Assembly: GCA_963842975.1 (NCBI GenBank)
Contig: CAWJIH010000011.1
Coordinates: 22,046 to 86,045 of the forward strand
Source: an uncultured Actinomycetes bacterium
GTDB lineage: Bacteria; Actinomycetota; Actinomycetes; S36-B12; UBA10799
DNA length: 64,000 nt
Reading direction: 5' to 3'
The position numbers and the translations under genes are program-made. This document shows positions 36,289 through 47,807 of this stretch, piece by piece; positions within the stretch are counted from its first letter, which is position 1, and the number at the start of each line of letters is the position of its first letter. The notes under the pieces were generated by a model. It was not told the DNA's origin and ran no database searches. It saw nothing but the letters and a program-made list of their open reading frames with translations.

Positions 36289-36732
36289 TTACTCCTCACT
36301 GAGGGTGACTTCGAATCCACGGGTGAACGGCACGGTCAGGTTGTACATGAAGGCGAACAACGTTGCCAGCACGGTGATCAGCACAACGTTCACCGCAGCC
36401 AACACCACAGCACCTCCGACGACTCGGCCAAAGCCGAAGAACTGCTCGATGTCGAACACAGAACTGCTGGCGCCGGCGATGCTCTCCACGGTGCTGTTCA
36501 CGGACGAGAAGGTGCCCAGTGCTGTGAGCACCCCCCAAATGAGAATCATCGCCACAACCGTGACGATCGCCAGACCGATGGAGATCACAAAAGCGGTCTT
36601 CATGACTGACCACGGGTCGAGGCGGGAAACGAAGAGTCGCGCCTGAGTGGGGCCCTCGTCGTAGTACTCCTCGTCGTCTGCGAGGTCGTAATCGATTCCG
36701 ACGCTGTAGTCCTCGGTCTGTTCGACGCTCAC
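36289..36732 (-). CDS. DUF3566 transmembrane protein (Rv0007-like)
   Basis: Acidic N-terminus, then [20 protein letters not shown] and a second TM region. GTGA overlap with the gyrA stop. Confidence 0.8.
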   Translation of the reverse strand: MSVEQTEDYSVGIDYDLADDEEYYDEGPTQARLFVSRLDPWSVMKTAFVISIGLAIVTVVAMILIWGVLTALGTFSSVNSTVESIAGASSSVFDIEQFFGFGRVVGGAVVLAAVNVVLITVLATLFAFMYNLTVPFTRGFEVTLSEE

Positions 36733-39314
36733 GTTGCATCTCCTTCGCTGGCGTCAGGGCCTGCCGTCGAGGGCTCGGCGCCAACATCCTGTTGGGTGAC
36801 GGGTCCTTCCCCGACCTCGTCAGTCTCATCTGTGCTGGTCTCAATCTCCGCCGCCCGTGCAACTGCCACGACAACGTCGTCGCCACGGAGGTCCATCAGG
36901 GCAACACCCATGGTGTCGCGACCTGTCGCTCGCACCTCGGAGACACGCGTACGAATCACAACTCCGTTACTCGCAATCGCGAAAATCTCGTCCTCGACCT
37001 CACATACCAAGGCCCCCACGAGCTGCCCGCGCTCTTCGACGAGCCGCATCGCCCGCACGCCGTAGATGCCCCGGCCCTTGACGGTCCAGTCCTCGACCTC
37101 AGTGCGCTTGGCGTATCCGCCATCGGTGACTGTCACCAGGGCCGCACCCGAACGAACGACGTCCATGGCCAACAGCGAGTCGCCCTCCCGGAACCTCATG
37201 CCAATCACGCCCGAGGTTGCCCGACCCATAGGTCGAAGGGTGGCATCGTCGGCATGGAATCGCACCGACATGCCTTTGGTACTGACCAACAGCAGGTCGT
37301 CGGAGTCATCGGCCAAACATGCGCCGATCACTTCATCGTCGTCGCGCAGGTTGATCGCGATCAAGCCGCCTTGACGATTCGTGTCGTAGTCAGTGAGGTG
37401 GGTCTTTTTGACCATGCCGGCACGGGTGGCGAGGATCAGGTAGGACGATTCGTCGTAGTCACTGACTCGCAGCACCGTCGCGATCGTCTCGTCTGGGCTG
37501 AAGGCCAGCATGTTGGCGACGTGTTGACCCCGGGCATCGCGGCCCAACTCAGGGAGGGCATAGACCTTGGTGCGATACGCCCGCCCCTTGTTCGTGATGA
37601 CAAGCAGGTAGTCGTGGGTTGATCCGACGAAGAGGTGATCGACCACATCATCTTGTCGGAGTTGCGCCCCTTTGACGCCCCTGCCACCACGTCGTTGCGA
37701 ACGGTAGGAGTCCACTCCGGTGCGCTTGGCGTACCCGTCGGCGGTGATGGTGACAACCATGTCCTGCACCGGGATCAGGTCCTCATCGGTGGTGAGTCCT
37801 TCGCCGGGGATAATCCGGCTGCGGCGTTCATCACCGAACTTCGTCACGATTTCTTCGAGTTCTTCACTCACGATCGATCGCTGACGAGACTCGTTGGCGA
37901 GAATGTCGCGGAAGTCCGCAATCATCCGCTGTAACTCGTCGTACTCGTCTTGGATCTTCTGCCGCTCCAAGGCAGCAAGCCGACGCAACTGCATGTCCAG
38001 GATCGCGGTCGCCTGCAGTTCGTCGATGTCGAGCAGCAGCATGAGCCCCCGACGGGCCGACTCCACATCAGGGCTATTGCGGATCAGTTGGATCACGTCA
38101 TCCAACCGGTCGAGGGCTTTGAGTAAGCCCAGCAGGATGTGTGCTCGATCTTCGGCCTTGCGCAGGCGGAATTGGGTCCGCCTGCGAATCACGTCGATCT
38201 GGTGGGTGATCCAGTGGGTAACGAAGCCATCCAGCGGCAGCGTCCTTGGAACGCCATCGACTAGAGCCAGCATGTTGGCTCCGAAGGTTTCCTGCAGTTG
38301 GGTGTGCTTGAAGAGTTGGTTCAGGACCACCCGCGGCTGGGCATCCTTCTTCAGCACGACCACGATCCGCATCCCGGTTCGGGACGAGGAATCGTCGCGG
38401 AGATCGGCGATGCCGCCGATTCGGCCGGCGTCGGCCAACTCTGCGATGCGGAGCGCAAGGTTGTCCGGGTTGACCTGATACGGCAGTTCGGTGATCACCA
38501 GGCAGGTTCGGCCGCGCGAATCCTCTTCGATATCCACCACCGCACGCATGGTGATGAGCCCGCGCCCAGTCCGGTAGGCGTCTTCCACCCCCCGTCGGCC
38601 GACAATCAACGCACCAGTCGGGAAATCCGGGGCCGGAATCCGTGCCATCAGCTCCGCTAGGAGTTCTTCCCGCGAGGCGTCCGGGTTCGACAACGCCCAC
38701 TGCACGCCACCCACCACTTCCCGCATGTTGTGGGGCGGGATGTTGGTGGCCATTCCGACTGCGATTCCCGCCGACCCGTTGACGAGCAGGTTCGGAAACC
38801 TCGAAGGCAGGATCGTCGGCTCGAGGGTGCGTCCGTCGTAGTTGGGGGTGAAGTCGACCGTGTCTTCATCAATGTCCCGCACCATTTCCATGGCCAGCGG
38901 GGCCAACCGGGTCTCGGTGTAGCGCTGTGCGGCTGCGGGATCGTTACCGGGGGAACCGAAGTTTCCCTGGCCTTGGGCCAACGGGTAGCGCATCGACCAT
39001 GGCTGCACGAGCCGAACCAAGGCGTCGTAGACAGCGGTATCTCCATGGGGGTGGTAGGCACCCAGGACGTCTCCGACCACGCGGGCACATTTGAAGAATC
39101 CGCGGTCCGGGCGGTAGCCGCCGTCGAACATCGCATAAAGCACTCGCCGGTGCACCGGCTTCAGTCCGTCGCGGACGTCCGGCAAGGCCCGGCCGACGAT
39201 GACGCTCATCGCATAGTCGAGGTAGGACTTCTGCATCTCGGCTTGGATCTCAACCGTGCGGTTTCGATCATCGCCCACGGCAAGGTCCACCTGTGAGGTC
39301 GGCTCGTCAGTCAC
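36729..39314 (-). CDS. gyrA: DNA gyrase subunit A
   Basis: 861 aa, with [32 protein letters not shown] and C-terminal beta-pinwheel repeats. Confidence 0.97.
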   Translation of the reverse strand: MTDEPTSQVDLAVGDDRNRTVEIQAEMQKSYLDYAMSVIVGRALPDVRDGLKPVHRRVLYAMFDGGYRPDRGFFKCARVVGDVLGAYHPHGDTAVYDALVRLVQPWSMRYPLAQGQGNFGSPGNDPAAAQRYTETRLAPLAMEMVRDIDEDTVDFTPNYDGRTLEPTILPSRFPNLLVNGSAGIAVGMATNIPPHNMREVVGGVQWALSNPDASREELLAELMARIPAPDFPTGALIVGRRGVEDAYRTGRGLITMRAVVDIEEDSRGRTCLVITELPYQVNPDNLALRIAELADAGRIGGIADLRDDSSSRTGMRIVVVLKKDAQPRVVLNQLFKHTQLQETFGANMLALVDGVPRTLPLDGFVTHWITHQIDVIRRRTQFRLRKAEDRAHILLGLLKALDRLDDVIQLIRNSPDVESARRGLMLLLDIDELQATAILDMQLRRLAALERQKIQDEYDELQRMIADFRDILANESRQRSIVSEELEEIVTKFGDERRSRIIPGEGLTTDEDLIPVQDMVVTITADGYAKRTGVDSYRSQRRGGRGVKGAQLRQDDVVDHLFVGSTHDYLLVITNKGRAYRTKVYALPELGRDARGQHVANMLAFSPDETIATVLRVSDYDESSYLILATRAGMVKKTHLTDYDTNRQGGLIAINLRDDDEVIGACLADDSDDLLLVSTKGMSVRFHADDATLRPMGRATSGVIGMRFREGDSLLAMDVVRSGAALVTVTDGGYAKRTEVEDWTVKGRGIYGVRAMRLVEERGQLVGALVCEVEDEIFAIASNGVVIRTRVSEVRATGRDTMGVALMDLRGDDVVVAVARAAEIETSTDETDEVGEGPVTQQDVGAEPSTAGPDASEGDAT

Positions 39315-39361
39315 TGGGTGTTCGTCTCCTTTGCGGGCTCTCGTGGATTTCCGACATCACG

Positions 39362-41335
39362 TCAGATATCCAAGAAGCGCACGTCCTTCGCATTGCGTTG
39401 GATGAACTTGCGGCGCGAATCAACGTCTTCACCCATGAGGACGCTGAACATCTCATCGGCGGCCGCCGCGTCCTCCATGGTCACTTGCAGCAAAACGCGT
39501 CGAGTCGGGTCCATTGTGGTCTCCCACAATTCGTCTGCGTTCATCTCACCCAAGCCCTTATAGCGCTGAATGCCGTCCTCCTTCGGCATCTTCTTTCCGT
39601 TGCTGATTCCCAACTCCATCAGGGCGTCGCGCTCCCGATCGCTGTAGGCATAGTCCGGGTCAGCTTTGGTCCATTTGATCTTGTAGAGAGGTGGCTGCGC
39701 GAGATACACGTGTCCGCGATCAATGAGCGGGCGCACGTAACGGAAGATGAGCGTGAGAAGCAGCGTGCGAATGTGCTGGCCGTCGACATCGGCGTCGGCC
39801 ATCAACACCAGTTTGTGGTAGCGCAGTTTGTCAATGTCGAATTCTTCCTGCACCCCGGTTCCAAGGGCGGAGATGAGGGCCTGCACCTCGTTGTTCGCCA
39901 GCACCTTGTCGAGGCGGGACTTCTCCACGTTGAGGATCTTGCCCCGGATCGGCAGGATCGCCTGGGTGCCCGGATCGCGACCGCTTCGCGCCGATCCACC
40001 TGCCGAATCACCCTCGACGATGAAGACCTCACACTCTGAGGGTTCATTGCTGGAGCAATCGATGAGTTTGCCCGGGAGGGTGGAACCACCGAGGAGTCCC
40101 TTGCGGTTGCGAGCAAGATCGCGGGCCTTTCGAGCCGCCATCCGCGCCACCGAAGCTTGCTGGGATTTCCGCGCGATCTCTTTGCCCTCGGCTGGGTTCT
40201 TGTCAAACCATTCCCCGAGATACTCATTCACCACGCGCTGCACGAAGGTCTTTGCCTCCGTGTTGCCCAGTTTGGTCTTCGTTTGACCTTCGAACTGGGG
40301 TTCGCGCAGTTTGACCGAGACGATCGCCGTAAGACCTTCCCGGATGTCCTCCCCGGACAGATTGGGGTCCTTCTCCTTGAGGACTCCCCAATCCCGCGCG
40401 TGCTTGTTGATGAGCGAGGTCAGGGCACTGCGGAATCCCTCCTCGTGGGCTCCGCCTTCGGTGGTGTTGATCGTGTTGGCGAAGGTATACACGGACTCGG
40501 CAAAGCCGTTGTTCCACTGCATCGCTACTTCGGCACTGATCCCACGCTCGTCATCCTCGGCCCCAAACTCAATGATGTTCGGGTGTGCTGCGCCTCGCGT
40601 GGTGTTGAGGTGGCGGACGAAGTCGGCAATCCCGCCCGGGTAGCAGTAGGTGACGGTTCTGGGTGCATCTGCGCCGTCCACGTCCAGGTCGACCACATCG
40701 TCCGCTTCGGGAGCAGCGACCCGATCGTCGGTGAGGGTGATGGTGAGTCCGCGGTTGAGGAAGGCCATTTCCTGGAATCGCCGAGCAAGGATGTCGAAGT
40801 CGTAGTGGATGGTTTCGAAGATGTCTGGGTCCGCCCAGAAGGTGACCATCGTGCCGGAGTCGGAGACCTCTGCACCGCGAGTGAGGTCGGCCATTGGAAC
40901 TCCGTGCTGATAGGCCTGGTTCCACGTGAAACCGTCCCGTTTGATTTCCACCTCAAGTCGAGTCGATAGCGCGTTCACCACCGAGACGCCCACACCGTGC
41001 AGGCCACCGGAAACCGCGTAGCCACCACCGCCGAATTTCCCCCCGGCGTGGAGCACAGTTAGCACTACTTCGACTGCTGGTCGTTGCTCAACTGGGTGAA
41101 TATCGACCGGAATACCGCGGCCATTGTCGATCACGCGCACCGAGCCGCCCTGCTGCAGCGTCACCTCGATGTGGTCCGCGTGACCCGCCAGCGCCTCGTC
41201 AACTGCGTTGTCGACCACCTCGTACACGAGATGGTGAAGCCCACGAGCACCGGTGGATCCGATATACATACCGGGCCGCTTGCGAACCGCATCCAGCCCT
41301 TCGAGGACTGTGATGTCACTGGCGTCGTAGGACAC
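39362..41335 (-). CDS. gyrB: DNA gyrase subunit B
   Basis: 657 aa. GHKL ATPase ([19 protein letters not shown]) and TOPRIM ([14 protein letters not shown]). GTG start. Confidence 0.97.
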   Translation of the reverse strand: MSYDASDITVLEGLDAVRKRPGMYIGSTGARGLHHLVYEVVDNAVDEALAGHADHIEVTLQQGGSVRVIDNGRGIPVDIHPVEQRPAVEVVLTVLHAGGKFGGGGYAVSGGLHGVGVSVVNALSTRLEVEIKRDGFTWNQAYQHGVPMADLTRGAEVSDSGTMVTFWADPDIFETIHYDFDILARRFQEMAFLNRGLTITLTDDRVAAPEADDVVDLDVDGADAPRTVTYCYPGGIADFVRHLNTTRGAAHPNIIEFGAEDDERGISAEVAMQWNNGFAESVYTFANTINTTEGGAHEEGFRSALTSLINKHARDWGVLKEKDPNLSGEDIREGLTAIVSVKLREPQFEGQTKTKLGNTEAKTFVQRVVNEYLGEWFDKNPAEGKEIARKSQQASVARMAARKARDLARNRKGLLGGSTLPGKLIDCSSNEPSECEVFIVEGDSAGGSARSGRDPGTQAILPIRGKILNVEKSRLDKVLANNEVQALISALGTGVQEEFDIDKLRYHKLVLMADADVDGQHIRTLLLTLIFRYVRPLIDRGHVYLAQPPLYKIKWTKADPDYAYSDRERDALMELGISNGKKMPKEDGIQRYKGLGEMNADELWETTMDPTRRVLLQVTMEDAAAADEMFSVLMGEDVDSRRKFIQRNAKDVRFLDI

Positions 41336-41468
41336 GGGGGTGGTAACTCCTCGGTGAGGTGGAAAACAAACCGCCCGACTTCTGGCGGATCCGCTGGCTC
41401 AGCAACACGGACGTCCGATTCTAACCCGTAGTGAACCCCGCTCAGACGCCCGTACACAGGCGCGCCGC

Positions 41469-42086
41469 TCAACCATAGGTATCGCGAGGACCCCGGCCTT
41501 TCACCCGCCACGCGCCGCGCTGCCGCGGCTGGTGGGGTCCCTGCACGTTTATGTCCGCCACCACGCCCGGACCAACCGTTGCATCGATTCGGGTTCGCAG
41601 CGTCGGCAGCAGCATGCGTAATTGAGTCGCCCAAGCCGTCGAATCCGCCCGCAACGTGAGGACGCCGTCGGTGAAAGATTCGGCGCTTACGTGGGCTGCC
41701 ACCTCCGGACCTGCGATCTCTTCCCAACGGGCCATCGCGGCTGCCAATTGTGTGTTGCGCTGCCAGCCCAGGTCGGCCATCACCTGCGCCATGGCCGATT
41801 CGGCGCTCACCGGATCCCGCTGATCCGGGGCCGGCCCAGAAAACTGCGCCTCACCTGGCGACTTGCGGCGTGGCCGCCGCCAGCCTGACCTGGCCACGGG
41901 CGCGGCACTGGCCGAGGCCGTCGGCTGATTCGGGTCTGCCTGGCCGGAACTACTGGTGGGGTCGTTCCAACCACGAGTCCCGGGCGTGCCGGACGCGGGC
42001 CCTGTGAGGCGGGCGAGGAGTTCAGCGGCGAGGTCGTCGCCGCCGCTCTCGGCAGCGGGATCGTCGCGCGGATCACGGTTCACCAT
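41469..42086 (-). CDS. dciA: DUF721/DciA family protein (Rv0004-like)
   Basis: Disordered N-terminal half, then WEEIAGPEVAAHVSAESFTDGVLTLRADSTAWATQLRML. Conserved position between recF and gyrB. Confidence 0.8.
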   Translation of the reverse strand: MVNRDPRDDPAAESGGDDLAAELLARLTGPASGTPGTRGWNDPTSSSGQADPNQPTASASAAPVARSGWRRPRRKSPGEAQFSGPAPDQRDPVSAESAMAQVMADLGWQRNTQLAAAMARWEEIAGPEVAAHVSAESFTDGVLTLRADSTAWATQLRMLLPTLRTRIDATVGPGVVADINVQGPHQPRQRGAWRVKGRGPRDTYG

Positions 42087-43228
42087 GAGACTTGGCTAAT
42101 CCCCTCTGCGTCTCGCTGCACCGACCAGGTTTGCCCGCGCAGAACCTCGGGTACATCATCTGCCACAGCGGCCGTCACGAGCACCTGTTCCGCCTCGACC
42201 GCGACTTCCGCCAGGCGCGCACGTCGGCGACTGTCCAACTCAGCGAAGACGTCATCGAGCAGGAGGATCGGATCGCCACCGGAGTCGAATGAGTCCCGTT
42301 GCAGGTTGAAGGTTGCTAGCCGCAACGCCAACGCGATCGACCAGGATTCACCGTGCGACGCATAGCCCTTCGCCGGTAAGCCTCCCAGCGTCAGCAACAC
42401 ATCGTCTCGGTGCGGGCCCACCAGCGTGAGACCCCTTTCGAGTTCCGAACGGCGACGATCTTCGATGGCCTCGGCGAGCGCCCCGGAGATCGATTCGGAT
42501 GTCGGGCTCTTCGACATGTCGGGGTCGGTCAACCACTGCGATTCGTAGGAGACCAGCAAATCGCCGGCTCCGGGTGCGACGGTTGCATAACCCGCTGCCA
42601 GCGGCGGTCCCAGTCGCTGCAGTAACTCCAGGCGAGCATGTGTCAGCTCGGTCCCAAGACGAATCAGATTGTCGTTCCATACCGCCAACGTGCTCTGAAA
42701 AGAGTCGTCGCGACGCCATGATCCCATCACCGACTTCAACAATGCCGACCGTTGCTTGACCACACGTTCGTAGTCAGCAATGACCCCCGCATACCGCGGC
42801 GTGAGCGCCACCAAAAGTTCATCGATGAACCTTCTGCGCACGGCTGGATCGCCCTTGACCAGAGCCAGATCCTCCGGAGCGAAGATCACGGTTCGGACGA
42901 TTCCAATCGCCTCACGCGGCCGGCGCGGGGCCCCTGCGACTCGGGCCCGGTTCGCACCCTTGGCGTTGATCTCCAATTCCACCGTTTGCTCGCGGTCCCG
43001 CCAGGCGACTCTGGTTGCCACCACCGCCTGGGAATGACCGGCCCTGACGAGGGGCTGATCACGCGCCACTCGGTGCGAGGTCTGCTGGGCCACGTAGTGG
43101 ACGGCCTCGACCAGATTGGTTTTCCCTTGGCCGTTGAGCCCGATGATTGACGTGACTCCCGGGGAGAGGCCGAGATCGACCGCGTCGTAACTGCGAAAGT
43201 TGTGCAGTGTCAGGCGCGAGAGATGCAC
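42080..43228 (-). CDS. recF: DNA replication and repair protein RecF
   Basis: LTLHNFRSY and Walker A GLNGQGKTN; 382 aa. Confidence 0.95.
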   Translation of the reverse strand: MHLSRLTLHNFRSYDAVDLGLSPGVTSIIGLNGQGKTNLVEAVHYVAQQTSHRVARDQPLVRAGHSQAVVATRVAWRDREQTVELEINAKGANRARVAGAPRRPREAIGIVRTVIFAPEDLALVKGDPAVRRRFIDELLVALTPRYAGVIADYERVVKQRSALLKSVMGSWRRDDSFQSTLAVWNDNLIRLGTELTHARLELLQRLGPPLAAGYATVAPGAGDLLVSYESQWLTDPDMSKSPTSESISGALAEAIEDRRRSELERGLTLVGPHRDDVLLTLGGLPAKGYASHGESWSIALALRLATFNLQRDSFDSGGDPILLLDDVFAELDSRRRARLAEVAVEAEQVLVTAAVADDVPEVLRGQTWSVQRDAEGISQVSW

Positions 43229-43235
43229 GCTTCGG

Positions 43236-44354
43236 CTAGATCTTCACTGGCATGAGCAGATACCGATAGTCCGCGGCTGGTTCGGCCTCGAAGTCTGCTG
43301 CACCGGATATCACTGAAGGCTTGGCAGCCTCGTTGTAGCGGAGCACAACCACGGGTGCATCGAGGGCATGTAAGCCGTCAATGAGGAAGGTGGGATTGAA
43401 CGCAATCGTCATTGCGCTTCCCTCCAGTTGCGCTTCCACGGACTCAACCGCCTGGGTCTCCTCGGATGCCCCCACCCGAAGCTCGATTTCGCCGTCGCTG
43501 ATGTTGAGACGGACGGGCATGTTGCGCTCCGCAACAAGCGCCACTCGCTTGATCGCCTCGGACAGGTCGGACACATTGGCCCGCACGCTGGAACTGAATT
43601 CGCTGGGCAACAGGTCGCGGAACTTGGGGAACTGTCCGTCGAGCAACCGAGTTGTGAACTTGCGGTTGTCACCCATGACACCGAGGCTGCGGTCGCCTCG
43701 GTCGTCTGCTGCCAGGGCGAGGTGGACGAACTCCGAACCACCCAGCGACTTGGCCACGTCCGACAGGCCTTTGCCGGGCACGATGACCTCACGTTCGAAA
43801 CCAACAACCTCCGGCGACCAGGTGAGTTCGCGGACTGCAAGGCGGTAGCGGTCAGTCGCAGCGAGGGTGAGTTCGGAACCCACGATCTCCATCCGAACGC
43901 CGGTGAACATCGGCATCGTGTCGGTTTTCGACGTTGCCACGAAGGTCTGGGCGACTGCTTGCGCAAACACCGAACCAGAGGTCTTGCCAGCCACCGGGGG
44001 TAGCTCAGGTAACGGTGGGTATTCGGATTCAGGTAGGAGCGGGAGGGTGAATCGCGTCCGACCGCAGGTGACCAAAGCTTTGCCAGCGTCGGTGGCGATG
44101 GTGACCGGAGCAGCCGGCAGGTTGCGCGCGATGTCGGCAAGCAGTTTGCCGGAAACCAGCACACGTCCGGGCTCCTCCACGACACTTGCCACCGAAGCTT
44201 CGCTGGAGACATCCATGTCGTAACTCGACAGGTCGAGCACCTCGTTGGTGGCATCCAACAGGATTCCACTCAGGGCTCCAGGCATCCGGGGCAAAGTCCG
44301 CGCGGTCCACGACACGGCGTCGGCGAGAGCGTCTCGCTCAACTCGCAACTTCAC
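43236..44354 (-). CDS. dnaN: DNA polymerase III beta sliding clamp
   Basis: 372 aa, three-domain clamp. Canonical position next to oriC and dnaA. Confidence 0.95.
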   Translation of the reverse strand: MKLRVERDALADAVSWTARTLPRMPGALSGILLDATNEVLDLSSYDMDVSSEASVASVVEEPGRVLVSGKLLADIARNLPAAPVTIATDAGKALVTCGRTRFTLPLLPESEYPPLPELPPVAGKTSGSVFAQAVAQTFVATSKTDTMPMFTGVRMEIVGSELTLAATDRYRLAVRELTWSPEVVGFEREVIVPGKGLSDVAKSLGGSEFVHLALAADDRGDRSLGVMGDNRKFTTRLLDGQFPKFRDLLPSEFSSSVRANVSDLSEAIKRVALVAERNMPVRLNISDGEIELRVGASEETQAVESVEAQLEGSAMTIAFNPTFLIDGLHALDAPVVVLRYNEAAKPSVISGAADFEAEPAADYRYLLMPVKI

Positions 44355-44973
44355 GGGTGCTCCTCACCTTCGGGCCTGGTGTTTGGGTCGTGCAGATCGT
44401 CGCTTGGTCGCGCGATGCGTGAAACACCTGTGGCCGCAATTGGGGTAATCGTGCCACTTGGGTGTGAATCACAACACACCTACCCTCTCAAGAGTGCCTG
44501 CTGTGTAGTTCTCGCCACGCTGATGTGCTGGGTCGCAGATATAGCCGAATCCGATGTTGCAGCCAATGTGGATATCTCCGACCGGTCAGCGACTGGCCGG
44601 CAGCACATTCTCTCACGCAATGGCTTGTGTGCTTACAACTTTGTCATGGGATTCGTCGTAGTAATAGGTCCGGTGGATTATGTGGATAACTGCTGTTTTC
44701 GCAGGTCAGGAGGTTGAAGGAAGCTCGGGGCGCCTGTGCACGACACACCCAAGCACTGTGGGGTTCGTTGAACTACATCGTTGTATTTCCACCGAGGTTC
44801 GACGAAAGGACACCTGACGTCCACATGCGTGTGTGGCGGTTCCCACGGAATGGTGATCTTTGTCCCCAAGTTATCCACAGCCTGTGTACTGATGGGGGGT
44901 CAGCTGAAAGGTTGATAGTTACAGGCGTGTTGTTTCTGTAGGCGAGGCACTTGGGATGTGCTCGTTTCGCCGG
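44355..44973. other. chromosomal replication origin oriC (dnaA-dnaN intergenic)
   Basis: 619-nt non-coding, locally AT-richer region. Perfect DnaA boxes TGTGGATAA 44681-44689 and TTATCCACA 44871-44879. Near-boxes at 44567-44575 (TGTGGATAT), 44672-44680, 44817-44825 and 44860-44868 (TTGTCCCCA). AT-rich stretch about 44640-44700. Confidence 0.85.
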
Positions 44974-46455
44974 CTAGGGACGGGTGTCGGACTTGATCCG
45001 GCTGGTCAATTCGGAAACTTGGTTGAAGAGGGCTCGCCGTTCGGCCATCTGAGATCGAATCTTCCGCTCAGCATGCATCACGGTGGTGTGGTCCCGGCCA
45101 CCGAAAGTTTGGCCGATCTTCGGCAGGGACAGTTCTGTGAGTTCACGACACAGATACATCGCGATCTGGCGGGCGTTGACCAGTGTTCGAGAGCGGGAGG
45201 TGCCCGTGAGGTCCTCGAGGGTGATCCCGAAGTAGTTCGCGGTGTGTTCCATGATCACAGCGGGCGTTATCTCTGGACCCGCATCGCCGTCCGGGAGTAG
45301 ACCGTCGAGGACGACTCTGGTGACGGCGAGGTCTGCTTGCTGATGGTTGAGGCTGGCGTAGGCCTTCACTCGGATGAGGGCACCTTCGAGTTCTCGGATG
45401 TTCGAAGTGATGCGGCTGGCGATGTATTCCAGCGACTCCTCCGGTACTTCGAATGCCTCCTGCTGCCTTTTCTTGCGCAGGATGGCGATCCGAGTTTCCA
45501 AGTCAGGCGGTTGGACATCCGTGATCAGGCCCCACTCGAATCGCGAACGCATCCGATCCTCGAAGTCCGGCAACTTCTTTGGCGGCAGATCCGAGGTCAC
45601 GACGATCTGCTTGTTGGCGTTGTGCAACGTGTTGAAAGTGTGGAAAAACTCTTCCTGCGTCTGCACTTTGCCGCTCAGGAACTGGATGTCGTCAACGAGC
45701 AACACATCGACATTGCGGTAGCGGGTTTGGAAAGCATCGTTACGGTCATCGCGGATGCTGTTGATGAAGTCGTTGGTGAACTCCTCGGAGGAGATGTAAC
45801 GCACCCGTGCCCCCGAGTAGAGCGAGCGGTTGTAGTGGCCGATGGCATGCAGCAGGTGAGTCTTGCCAAGTCCGGAGTCGCCGTAGATGAACAGCGGGTT
45901 GTAGGCGCGTGCCGGTTGTTCGGCGACAGCTACGGCCGCCGCGTGCGCGAATCGATTTGAGCTGCCGATCACGAAGGTCTCGAAGACGTACTTCGGATTC
46001 AGGCTCTTTCCCGAATCGTCGGCGGGTTCAGCCGCTGGCGACCGGGGCCAGTACCGATTCGGTAGTGAGGCTGCTGGTGCCGGCGAGCCGGAGTCGAGAG
46101 ATGCTGAGCCGTTCCCACTGCCGTCCTCCTGGTGGGCGTACGTGGAGTCGGCCAGCGCATCGATCGCGTCCTCGTCAAGCATCGGCGCGGCCTCGGCATC
46201 GACCGTGATCGCCAGTTGTACTTCATGACCGAGGGCGGTGGAGAGCGCCCGCGTGACATGGGGCTCCAGCCTGCTGGTCAGCACATCGCGAGTGAATTCG
46301 TTGGGCGCGGCCAGGATCACCAAGTCTTCAAGGACACGCACCGGCCGAGTGAGGGCCACGAAGGCGCGCTGCTGGGCTGAGATGTCGGGATCCTGCGCAA
46401 GGTTATGTAGGGCGGCATCCCAGATAGCCGAGAACTGGGCAGCGACTTGAGTCAT
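44974..46455 (-). CDS. dnaA: chromosomal replication initiator DnaA
   Basis: ORF 44974..46764. The conserved N-terminus MTQVAAQFSAIWDAAL starts at ATG 46455. AAA+ Walker A GDSGLGKTHLL and a C-terminal DNA-binding domain. Confidence 0.95.
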   Translation of the reverse strand: MTQVAAQFSAIWDAALHNLAQDPDISAQQRAFVALTRPVRVLEDLVILAAPNEFTRDVLTSRLEPHVTRALSTALGHEVQLAITVDAEAAPMLDEDAIDALADSTYAHQEDGSGNGSASLDSGSPAPAASLPNRYWPRSPAAEPADDSGKSLNPKYVFETFVIGSSNRFAHAAAVAVAEQPARAYNPLFIYGDSGLGKTHLLHAIGHYNRSLYSGARVRYISSEEFTNDFINSIRDDRNDAFQTRYRNVDVLLVDDIQFLSGKVQTQEEFFHTFNTLHNANKQIVVTSDLPPKKLPDFEDRMRSRFEWGLITDVQPPDLETRIAILRKKRQQEAFEVPEESLEYIASRITSNIRELEGALIRVKAYASLNHQQADLAVTRVVLDGLLPDGDAGPEITPAVIMEHTANYFGITLEDLTGTSRSRTLVNARQIAMYLCRELTELSLPKIGQTFGGRDHTTVMHAERKIRSQMAERRALFNQVSELTSRIKSDTRP

Positions 46456-46498
46456 CGAAAATCGTCTCCCGCGAAGTTGCCACCCCACTTCCAGGGGC

Positions 46499-46507
46499 TG
46501 TGGATAA
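46499..46507. promoter_or_regulatory. DnaA box (TGTGGATAA) in the dnaA promoter region
   Basis: Perfect 9-mer 44 nt upstream of the dnaA start. It shares the extended GTTATCCACAGCC context with the oriC box at 44870-44882. Confidence 0.6.
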
Positions 46508-46858
46508 CCTGAGCAACGTAAGCCCGATGACCAGTCAGGTGCAAGACCGGGCGACGCAAAAGACCCTACCTCCGGCGTGTCGCAGCAAGTCGAGACGGGT
46601 GCGCGGGTTAACGTTCCGCCGCTGCTTCGACGTGTCGCATAGGGGGGAATCGAGCAAGCGACCCACCTGTGGCGTACCATCTTGGTGATCCACGCCCCGT
46701 GTCGGAATGAGCGTCGAATGCTGCCGTCGTTTGAGGTTGCAGTCGAAGTCATCGGCAATGGCACGAGGGGCGACTAAGAGCCACTCACCGGACGCTGAAA
46801 GTTTCGGCGTCGATGAGCACACCGGGCGCATGCCCCAGACCCGACCACGGAGTTTGCG

Positions 46859-46996
46859 ATGTCGAAGCGTACGTATCAGCCCAACAACCGCCGTCGGCAC
46901 AAGAAGCACGGCTTTCGCCTGCGCATGCGCACGCGGGCGGGGCGTTCAATTCTTTCGGCCCGCCGGCGCAAGGGCCGCTCGTCAATCTCCGTCTGA
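46859..46996 (+). CDS. rpmH: 50S ribosomal protein L34
   Basis: Below the ORF-track cutoff. [45 protein letters not shown]. Confidence 0.95.
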   Translation: MSKRTYQPNNRRRHKKHGFRLRMRTRAGRSILSARRRKGRSSISV

Positions 46997-47003
46997 CGCT
47001 CAC

Positions 47004-47429
47004 GTGCTGCCGAAGAATCGACGGTTGCGTTCGGCGGGTGAGATAGGCGAGGTCATCAGACACGGCGCACGGGCGTCTTCGCCCACTGTGTTGGTCTACG
47101 CACAGCGGCGCATCGGGTTGACCGAGTCACGATTCGGGTTGGCTATCGGCAAGCCAGTCGGTGGTTCGGTAGTTCGCCACCGGGTGGCCCGACGGCTGCG
47201 TGCCGTCCTTTCCGAACAGTGCAGTTCGTGGGACGCTCGTGGGGTGGACGTTGTTGTCCGGGCGTTTCCCGCTGCTGCGAACGCGACGAGTGCGGACTTG
47301 CGTCGTGACCTTTCCCGATGCGGCCGCAAGCTTGATTCGATCTTTGCCTCAGCTGTGGGCTCCCCCAGCGCTGGGACACGGGCAAGGCGAGTTGGGGTCG
47401 CAAGTCAAACTGGAAGAGGGCGGACATGA
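47004..47429 (+). CDS. rnpA: ribonuclease P protein component
   Basis: Internal GTG of ORF 46707..47429: [21 protein letters not shown]...[18 protein letters not shown]. Follows rpmH directly. Confidence 0.85.
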   Translation: MLPKNRRLRSAGEIGEVIRHGARASSPTVLVYAQRRIGLTESRFGLAIGKPVGGSVVRHRVARRLRAVLSEQCSSWDARGVDVVVRAFPAAANATSADLRRDLSRCGRKLDSIFASAVGSPSAGTRARRVGVASQTGRGRT

Positions 47430-47788
47430 CGCATCTACGCCGAATTCTCGGTTGGTTGCTCAACGGTCTTTCCTGGCTGTTGATAGCCCCGATTCGGTTC
47501 TATCAACTCGCCATCAGCCCGCTCACCCCCGCGACGTGTCGCTTTCACCCCAGTTGTTCTGCTTATGCAGTCAGGGCCTTACACCGGCACGGGCCCTTCA
47601 AAGGGTTCGTGCTAGCCGGATACCGAGTTGGGCGCTGTCACCCGTGGCAACCGGGGGGGCTTGATCCGGTGCCCAGCAAAGGACGATGGCGTCCCGACAT
47701 GACCGCTGATGGTCGCACGGTGATCCCGCTGCGAGACCTCAGAACCCAAAACCCGACCACCTCACAGCCCACGCGGCTCGCAGCCTGA
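47426..47788 (+). CDS. yidD: membrane protein insertion efficiency factor YidD
   Basis: [26 protein letters not shown] motif. ATGA overlap with rnpA. Confidence 0.9.
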   Translation: MTHLRRILGWLLNGLSWLLIAPIRFYQLAISPLTPATCRFHPSCSAYAVRALHRHGPFKGFVLAGYRVGRCHPWQPGGLDPVPSKGRWRPDMTADGRTVIPLRDLRTQNPTTSQPTRLAA

Positions 47789-47807
47789 CTGACGAAAGAG
47801 GCCAAGC

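Noticed and set aside
44417-44424. parS half-sites (CGTGAAAC at 44417-44424 in oriC; GTTTCAC near 23322).
   Set aside because: Only one half of the palindrome is present in each case. That is expected by chance and unlikely to bind ParB specifically.
46456-46764. N-terminal extensions in the ORF track: dnaA to 46764, rodA from 28312, GDPD gene from 19632, trxA to 53818, trxB to 54768, NUDIX to 62184, sigM to 56545, crotonase to 1174.
   Set aside because: The extensions are Arg/Trp/Ser-rich and lack homology. They overlap neighbouring genes or promoter regions. Internal starts coincide with conserved N-termini, RBS motifs or ATGA coupling.
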